Positions 48,109 to 64,000 of a stretch of DNA of 64,000 nucleotides are shown here, piece by piece. Below the pieces are notes generated by a model. That model was not told the DNA's origin, did not search any database, and saw only the letters and a program-made list of their open reading frames with translations. This stretch comes from the human T2T-CHM13v2.0 reference genome, Homo sapiens, in NCBI RefSeq assembly GCF_009914755.1, contig NC_060935.1, one strand, 5' to 3'. The stretch's first letter is position 1. Each line of letters starts with the position of its first letter. The position numbers and the translations under genes were made by a program.

Positions 48109-50105
48109 CTACAAAGCCAAACAGCTATGATGAGCTCCCAGACACTCCAAAAATAGAAACTGAAGGCAGATGGGGTGAGCTGTATAGAAGAGCTGCCTTT
48201 CGTTTTTCAGACTTGCAGGCATTCAGGATCTTGAAGTGCTCTGTGTTTAGTGCCAAAGCTTAGTGGTGTTTGTACCTTGTGTCTTCTAGCTAATATATTT
48301 GTGGCTAATGTGTGGTTAGGAGGCTGAGGAGATTGAAGGGGTCATCCCAGAGAACTCAGGAGAAGTTAGGGCTCTGAGCTTCTTTTTTGCCACAAACTGG
48401 GTCAGCCCTTTCAAATCTGAATGTTGGGGAAGTGTCTATGTGTGCCGGTCCTACTCTTCCAAATGTACTTCATTTTCTTGTGCCTTCCTTTTAAAGAGTC
48501 CTTACCCCATTCAGAAATACTCAGTAGATGCTCAAGGTCTCTCTGCAAGGCAGATCCTTGCTACTGAGTCCACAAAGAGATCCCACAGAGGGGAAATGGA
48601 GATACTCTGTGCTGATAATATCTGTGTTATCGGCAAAGGCAAGAAAAGACTCTGCCTTCAGGGTTTCCAAGCAGGCCAATACTCAGAGCCGCCCACCAGC
48701 CCTGGCCCAGGTTCCTAGCCCCTGGATGGTTCTTGCTCTTAGGAACCTTATACTACCCCCCGCCACCCCGGGCTGTGGATTACAGCACAACAGTAATGAT
48801 GAAGTCTGCCATCAGATATGCATCCTCCAAATGCCCTCATTGGCAAGTCAAAGGGAAATTTCCCCCTGAAAATGGAAAAAAAAAAGAGCAACCCATGTGG
48901 TATGCCTCCCAACAAATCACACACTGAAAGTGATTCCATTTGTCTGAGTTTTTAATTAATACTGATTCCTGCTCTCAGGATTGTCTCTCAAATATGCCTT
49001 TTTGTGGTACTGACTGCCTAGAAGATTACTGGTTCCCTCACCTGCAATCAAGTCTTACTGACAGCTGCAGGCTTGGAAAGCCACGTGATGTGTCACCCAA
49101 AGCCTGATCTCTCACACAGGGCACCAACAGGAAATAACAGAGTCCATCAGGATGGAGCTCCAGGAGACACTGAAGTGGGATAAAGGTCATATGAGGGTTA
49201 AGTCCCAAATGGAAATAACCTCTCCTCCACTCCAGAGCCCCAACACACAACACACAAGTTCTGTCTGGACTTTTTCTAGTTCCTTTTATGCAGATCTCAA
49301 AGCATTTAATCAAAGGGCCATTCCTACCACACCATAAGGGGGCGTCTGAATGGCTGTCCCCACAGAGCCAGGGCCTGGCTCCGCTGCTCCTTAGTTGGCC
49401 AAGTAGACCTCAGCAGGTTATCCATATGAAGGGTCGTGAGTGTCAAAGGACGCTGATGCCATATTTTCCCATGATGTTCTCCTGTACAACTAATACCAGC
49501 CTTAAAAAGCAAACCACAAATACCTATCTGCCAGGAGTGCTGCATCCTCTAAGACTATCCAACACTCAACCCCATGCAGCTGCTAGCTGCTTCTAAGTTC
49601 TGTTTTATTCCTGGCATAAGGAATGAATGTAAACAACACTCTTTGTAGTCTCTAACTCAGGGGCTAAAACTCCAACAGATGTTTCTGTTTTGTGGAATAC
49701 TAGGAAGATGTTCATGGAAGATTTCTGTTTTAGTTTCTCTCTTTTTCAAGAAAAAAAGGGGGGTCTAGCTGGCTGTAACCCCAGCACACATTTGGAGTCT
49801 TCAGGACAAGGAGTTTTTCCAAATTCTAAAACAGAAACACTTACAGCATTGAAAAAAAAATGGTTATAAGTCAGGACTCTCAACACAAGACCAAAGATCT
49901 TAAAAGGTGACAAGCCAATGCTAGAAAGTCAATAAATAGTAATGACGATGTCACCCATCTCCTTGGACTAACAGAAGATTTATGTTATGAATGATCACAT
50001 AAAACTGAAACATTTTACCTCATTTTCTATCACGGAGTCTGACTTCCAAGGGAGCAGAAAACACAAGGCTCTGAGCCCGTTTTTGTCTTCATGAGGAGGT
50101 CTTCA

Positions 50106-50327
<222 letters not shown>

Positions 50328-50354
50328 CTATTTCTTTGATGTGAAAACATATGC

Positions 50355-56215
<5,861 letters not shown>

Positions 56216-56225
56216 GAAAAATATA

Positions 56226-56595
<370 letters not shown>

Positions 56596-56608
56596 TCAAT
56601 CTCTTTAG

Positions 56609-56898
<290 letters not shown>

Positions 56899-57335
56899 AA
56901 TTCAATTCCTCAAACTGAGAAGTAAGAACCATACAATAAATAAGCAAATAAGCAAAGATCATTTAGAATAAAAGATTACCTAAAGCAACGTCTGAATCAC
57001 ATTATTTTTAAACCCACTTATTCAGGGCTCACACATTTCTCCAACATTTTGGCAGAAGAAAACTTTATGGAAGATAAAATTCTAGTTACTCTGAGTAAAC
57101 CTGATCCTCATCCCTGAACTTAAATATGAGTAGTGAAGCTGGCAATAATCACAACCCAAATGATACCATAGGTTGGTCCCAAGAGGCTCAAAAATTAATA
57201 GGCCAAGAAATGGATAAAGGAGTTACATCTTTGTATATCTACATCTTTGAATCCTTGCAATCCTCATTTCCTCTCCTTTTCCTTCTTGGGAGAAAATTTC
57301 CATTTCTGTACTCCTATACCAAGAAATCCAAACTA

Positions 57336-57648
<313 letters not shown>

Positions 57649-58979
57649 GAGGGACATCCTTACTTACTAGTATTGTAAATACTACAAATATTCAAAAGAT
57701 CAAATTCTTCTAGGGTTTGAGTTCCAAACGACAGTACAAAGGATGTATGCTCACTGTTAACCATGACTATCTGTGGATAAATGGATGGGAGGCTCTTTAA
57801 TTTTTTATTTTACACATTTTGTATTATTTGACTTTTTATAACAATCACATATCATTTTAAAATAAATTTATATATATATATGGCACAATGCCAGTCAATC
57901 ATTAGTTATTTTAAACTAAATAATAGACTTTTAACAATTCAACTATAAACTGTTAGCAATTCAATTTCATTTGAAATATATCAAACTCAAAAGCCAAGAG
58001 TAAGGAAACTCTTGCCAATTGTCATTTAACATCATTTACTAAAAGTGTACTTTATCTAAATAAAGTCAGTGGAATGGTTTTGTGCCACCAGAGAGCACAC
58101 AGCAACTGGAGGACGTGAGTTATCCACATAGTAAAGAAGTGAACATTTGTTTCCAAAGCAGGGTACCAACATGTGTGAATTCCAGTACAGCAAATAGAAT
58201 ATTTAATACCGAAAGTGTGTGGTATGGAGGAATCAGCAGATAAATGTTCTGGGGAGAGATAGCCTTTTGGCCTCCCATGACATGGCAGGGGGAGGGGGGA
58301 AGAGAGAGAGAAAGAGAGAGAGAGCGTGAGCTACTTCATGGATGGATCACCAACCCCACTTGCTATGCACCTGACCAGGACCACACCTTCTCCAATGGGA
58401 GCGGTGGGAGCCTCACTCCTCATGCACAAAGGGGAGCTCCCTGAATGATATCCCAAGGGGTGTCACCAGATCCAAACTTGCCCGTCATAATCCCATCTGT
58501 TATTCATATTTGCTGTCTATATTTTCTTTTGGTCTTCCCTTCCTTTGTAACAAAGTTCATTGTAAAGATCCCATTTCTTGTCTCAGCTATGCTAAGACAA
58601 GGAGATGGGTGGATAGGGAGGATCAGGTCATTGCTACAACACTGCAAAAGCATCTGACAGTCACTTACCTACTTGGTCATCTGTATATTCTGTATCTAGA
58701 TATTTCATTTGTGGGTTTGTCTGTTTGTTGGAAAAGACTTTGTGTCAAGGTGCTAGTAGACTGAGCCCATCTTACACAATCACTTATTCAAAAATAAGGA
58801 TGTCTATTCAGTGTCTACCATGTACCAGGCACTGCTGAGCATTATATACTGTTCCAATATTTAGAATCTTTATTACTCAGAGGCCACAGTATGAAACAGA
58901 TTGGTTTGAAACATCAGGGTCTGGACACTAGGCCATTAAATGGCACCAGAATAGACACTCATTAAAAGTTTTCCTCCTC

Positions 58980-59283
58980 TGGGTGGGCATAGTGGCTCAT
59001 GCCTGTAATCCCAACACTTCGGGAGGCCGAGGCCAGTGGATCACCTGAGGTCAGGAGTTTGAGACCAGCCTGGCCAACATGGTGAAACCCCGTCTGTCCT
59101 AAAAATACAAAAATTAGCTGGACATGGTGGCAGGCGCCTGTAATCCCAGCTACTTGGGAGGCTGAGGCAGGAGAATTGCTTGGTCTCACACTCCTGGCCG
59201 GGGATGAGGAGGCTTCAGTGAGCTGAGATCGCGCCGTTGCACTCCAGCCTGGGTAACAAGAGCAAAGCTCTGTCTCAAAAAAG
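58980..59283 (+). mobile_element. AluS with a short antisense-Alu insertion in the right arm
   Basis: TSD aaaagttttcctcctc. Confidence 0.9.
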
Positions 59284-60449
59284 TTTTCCTCCTCATCTAA
59301 AGAAGTTAATATGTTTTTCGAAGTGGAAAGAGACTTGGAAGGACTTTCTTACTCATTGTGTAGCTTTAGATCCTGCAAGTATTCAGAAGATCAATTCCCA
59401 TGGGAGTTAAGCCCAAGTTCTAAAGAGTTTAAAACCTCTCGAAGAGGAAGGGGCCACCAACATACTTGTCAAGGTTGGGTCCAGGAGCAAGGAGGGATAC
59501 TCAGAGATGAGTTCAGTGCTCCTCATCTAATTTCTTCCTGCAAGGGATGACTATAGACAGTGGGATTTCTCACTCATCCAAAGAAGGACAGCAGCAGGCT
59601 GAGTAAATATGAGAAACGTGGGGTTGGGGACAGAGCTAGGGGTGGAGACCTGACTTTCTTTCACTTGCAGGCAACTTGTGTGATCATGGCCACAACTCCT
59701 CTGGCCCTCAGTGTCCCCATCTGTGAAATGAGTAATAGCATTGGCCCAGAGCTACCTGAATAGCCCAGTCAGCTCCAATGTGTCATGATTTCCATCTCCA
59801 GGAACAGCCTCGAGTGTCCAGTCTCTGGCCAGCTATGAACTTCACAGTTCATGACTCTAGTCCAGATTATAAAATGGCAGAGTCCAAACCACAGGTTCTC
59901 AGACCTGCAGCTCTATGGGCTAAAATGCCCCTCTGCACACATCTCTCCAGAGTGAACCTGTAACTCCAAACGAGGAAGGTCCTTGGTGTACTCTGAAGCT
60001 TGGCACGTCACAATGCCAAACATTGTGGCCAAAGCCATAAACAGGATGGAGCCTCCTGAGCTGGTAGGGGAGGGCAGGACTCTCTAGCACTCAGACTTCA
60101 GGGCAAAGGTACAAACCGCCCCAGGGAGGTGCAGGATCAGCCCTGCTCTGGCAGGCATGGCTCTCCTGATCAGCATGGATGTTTACTTTCTGCCCCAAAA
60201 CTGAGTGGGACCCAAAGATACTAACACATCTCTTTTCTTTTCCAGAAGCTAGACAAAAGGACATTTCAGAGCCAGATAAAACTGTGTGAGCAGCTCTGGG
60301 GAAGACCTAATGTTTCCAGTCCAAGATCTGAAATATATTTCAGAGAGCAGGTGATGTGATTCAGGGGCTGGGGGAAAGGGAGAGGAGGGGCAGTACTTTT
60401 ACCAACATAAGTGGCCACTGCAAGAGCTAAGGAGGTAGGAGCTTCCCTA

Positions 60450-60716
<267 letters not shown>

Positions 60717-61086
60717 CTACAGCTGCTTGGGATCCCTGGGATAAACCAAACTGTTTCTGGGTCCCTGTTTCCAGGAACAGCCCGGGCACTCTACGTGAAA
60801 TTACCCCCACCATCACCTACTGGCCTTCAGGACTTAGCTCAAATCCACCTCCTCCAGGAAGCCTGCCATGACCCCCATTGTAGCTGCCCTCACCAAGTGC
60901 TCGCATATGTATGGCTTTGCATGCACACATCAGGCAGGGTTGTCACTGTTTTCCTTCCTCTCTCTCCACTAGACAATGTCTTGACAACAGACTGCGTCTG
61001 TGTCCCTTATGCCAAGCCAGCGCAGTACCTGGCATGTGAGTAGGCAATAGTACCTACATGCCCGCTAAAGGAGGAAAGGACCAAAC

Positions 61087-61154
61087 GGACAGACAAGCTC
61101 TGAACACCAAGCAGCTGTCTGTCAGCTTTCTCGGAGCTCAGAGCAAGCTTGTCC
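61087..61154 (-). ncRNA. MIR5691: MIR5691 precursor hairpin in SCUBE2 intron 1; mature UUGCUCUGAGCUCCGAGAAAGC at 61125-61146
   Basis: 68-nt self-complementary stem (GGACA...UGUCC and GCUCUGAGC/GUUCAGAGC pairing). Mature sequence recognised from memory. Confidence 0.85.
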
Positions 61155-61374
61155 AACACAGCCCGTGGGCTACGTGCAGCCCAGGACAGTTTTGAATGCG
61201 GCCCAATGCAAATTCATAAACTTTCTTAAAACATTATGAGATTTTTTATTTATTTATTTATTTATTTATTTTTTTTTGCTCATCAGCTGTCGTTTGTGTT
61301 GGTATATTTTATGTGTGGCCCAATTCTTCTTCTTCCACTGTGGCCCAGGTAAGCCAAAAGATTGCACCCCGCTG
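61144..61374 (-). mobile_element. MER30 (hAT-Charlie) DNA transposon
   Basis: Ends CAAGCTTGTCC and GATTGCACCCCGCTG resemble the recalled MER30 termini; degenerate 8-bp TSD gctcagag/gtttagag. Confidence 0.85.
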
Positions 61375-61739
61375 GTTTAGAGTATTTATGGGAAGTCTGC
61401 CCCGGGATCGGAGCAGATGTCATCCAGGGCTCTCAGATGCTGCGAAGCGGGGATGGTGTCCCCATGGCCGGCCCCCTGCACTCCCACCCCTGCCCATCCT
61501 CTCAACCTGGAAACCCGCCTTGGCAGAAGTATTTCCTGGGTTGACACTACTCCAGGATATTAATTAAAAACAAAAGCATTTTGAAAGTATTGCAAGTCCA
61601 GTAAGCACAGCACGTCCAGAGTCCTCTCTGGAAACCAAAGTTCTCTGCTGAAAACCTAGGCTTGTTGCTGCTTCAGGGTAATTCCCAGATCGGAACAGGC
61701 GCTGTTCCGCTGACAGAAAAGTCTCTGGAGCCCACCCCG

Positions 61740-62742
<1,003 letters not shown>

Positions 62743-64000
62743 CTAGATTGAAATATTCGGGGTCAGGGCGCCCAGAAAGTGTTCCGTATAGTCCCCAAAC
62801 CCCAAAGCCATCTTGGGGCTTTCCACGTGGGAGGTGGGAGGTGGGAGTGGAAGGAATTGGGGGTGACTTCCAATTCGGGAAAACAGCTGTTTGAATGGAG
62901 AAGGTGACCCTGGCTTCTCTGCCCACCCCAGCACACCCTCTGCACCCTTCTCCACACTGCCCACCCCAGGCCCTCTGGGATCCTCCATCCCACAGCCCTG
63001 AGGGCACTGGTCCACTTGTCCCACTGTGGGGCACACTGGGCCTAGAATCCCTGCAAGCTACTTATGTATATCTCAGGGCAGCCTAAGGGGAAGGGGGCTA
63101 GAGGTCAAAGGTGAGCCACCAGAGACAACAGACAGCAGCCCCGACTTTGCCGGAGTACAGGTGGCATTTACGATCACCTGAACTCATAAACATCAGGTCT
63201 GGCTAGCTTCAAACACAGGCAGGGCCTAGCACCTAGCCTTCCATGAAAGACAGTCCTTGCAAGGGAACAGGTACACAGGGTCTTCCCATATCACACTTGA
63301 CACGGATGGCTGGAGCCCAATACACCCACCATCACTCCAGGAACAAATATAGTAACAATTTCCGGACGCAACCAAACATCACACTTAGGGATAGTAATGT
63401 TCTTCACTGAGCTTCTCCGTATTTATTCAATTTTCTCCTGCGATTATATACATACACATATGTATATATGCAGGCACACGCACGCGCGCACACACACACA
63501 CACCATTCCTTTGGAGATCAGAAAAAAAATAGATGTCACCAAAAAATCCCCACCTAGCTCATGCACAAAAACTCTTATGTCTTCTTGGGGCCTATCCACA
63601 GCCCAGAGCTCCCAGCCTCTGCACCCTCAGTACCCACTGTCTGCCACCCCAGCCCCCGAACATGCCCACGGGGGCCTGCCTCTTTGGGCTGTGGCTAGTG
63701 CAGCTGCTTGATGGAGCTATCTGAGAAAATAACTTTTCTGTAGTTGTTTTTCTTTTGACCCTTTCAGTGAAGGCAGGCAGGTTGCGTCCCTCTTTCTGTC
63801 TGCGCCTCCCTCCCACTCCCTTTTGTTTGGTGCTGAGAGAGACACTCAGCTATTTCTGGTCATAAGGGTGGTTTTTACACATTTGTAAATCTTCAGTTAG
63901 TGAAACGTTCTCTCCACCTTTGTCTTTGTGTCCTTAATGGTAGCCATAAATTACTGCCTTCTTTTCTCTCCACTGCATCAGGCTTCATTGCTTTTGAAAT

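Overview
Primate (human or very closely related ape) genomic DNA containing the 5' ~62 kb of SCUBE2 on the minus strand. I traced the CpG-island promoter and 19 coding exons, all GT-AG and all with phase-1 introns. They encode the signal peptide, nine EGF repeats, the spacer (including an optional 87-nt exon) and three Cys-rich repeats; the CUB-domain exons lie beyond position 1. Intron 1 holds the MIR5691 hairpin, which straddles the end of a MER30 transposon. The introns are rich in Alu, L1, L2, MIR, MER44, MER5 and THE1 elements. The most interesting unexplained signal is a chain of decayed plus-strand exons at ~3011-8017, antisense to SCUBE2 and interleaved with its exon 17. Their exon phases and residual motifs (Cys/YND-like start, WSxWS remnant, TM-sized exon, Box1-like FQP exon, large terminal exon) resemble a dead class I cytokine receptor gene of the IL21R/IL9R/IL7R type. 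This rests on by-eye comparison with recalled sequences and needs a homology search. Other signals are a CpG-gaining island with two 60-bp tandem duplications at a MER44 element, a telomeric-repeat insertion inside an Alu, and two short locally templated insertions. Repeat boundaries and subfamily calls are approximate.
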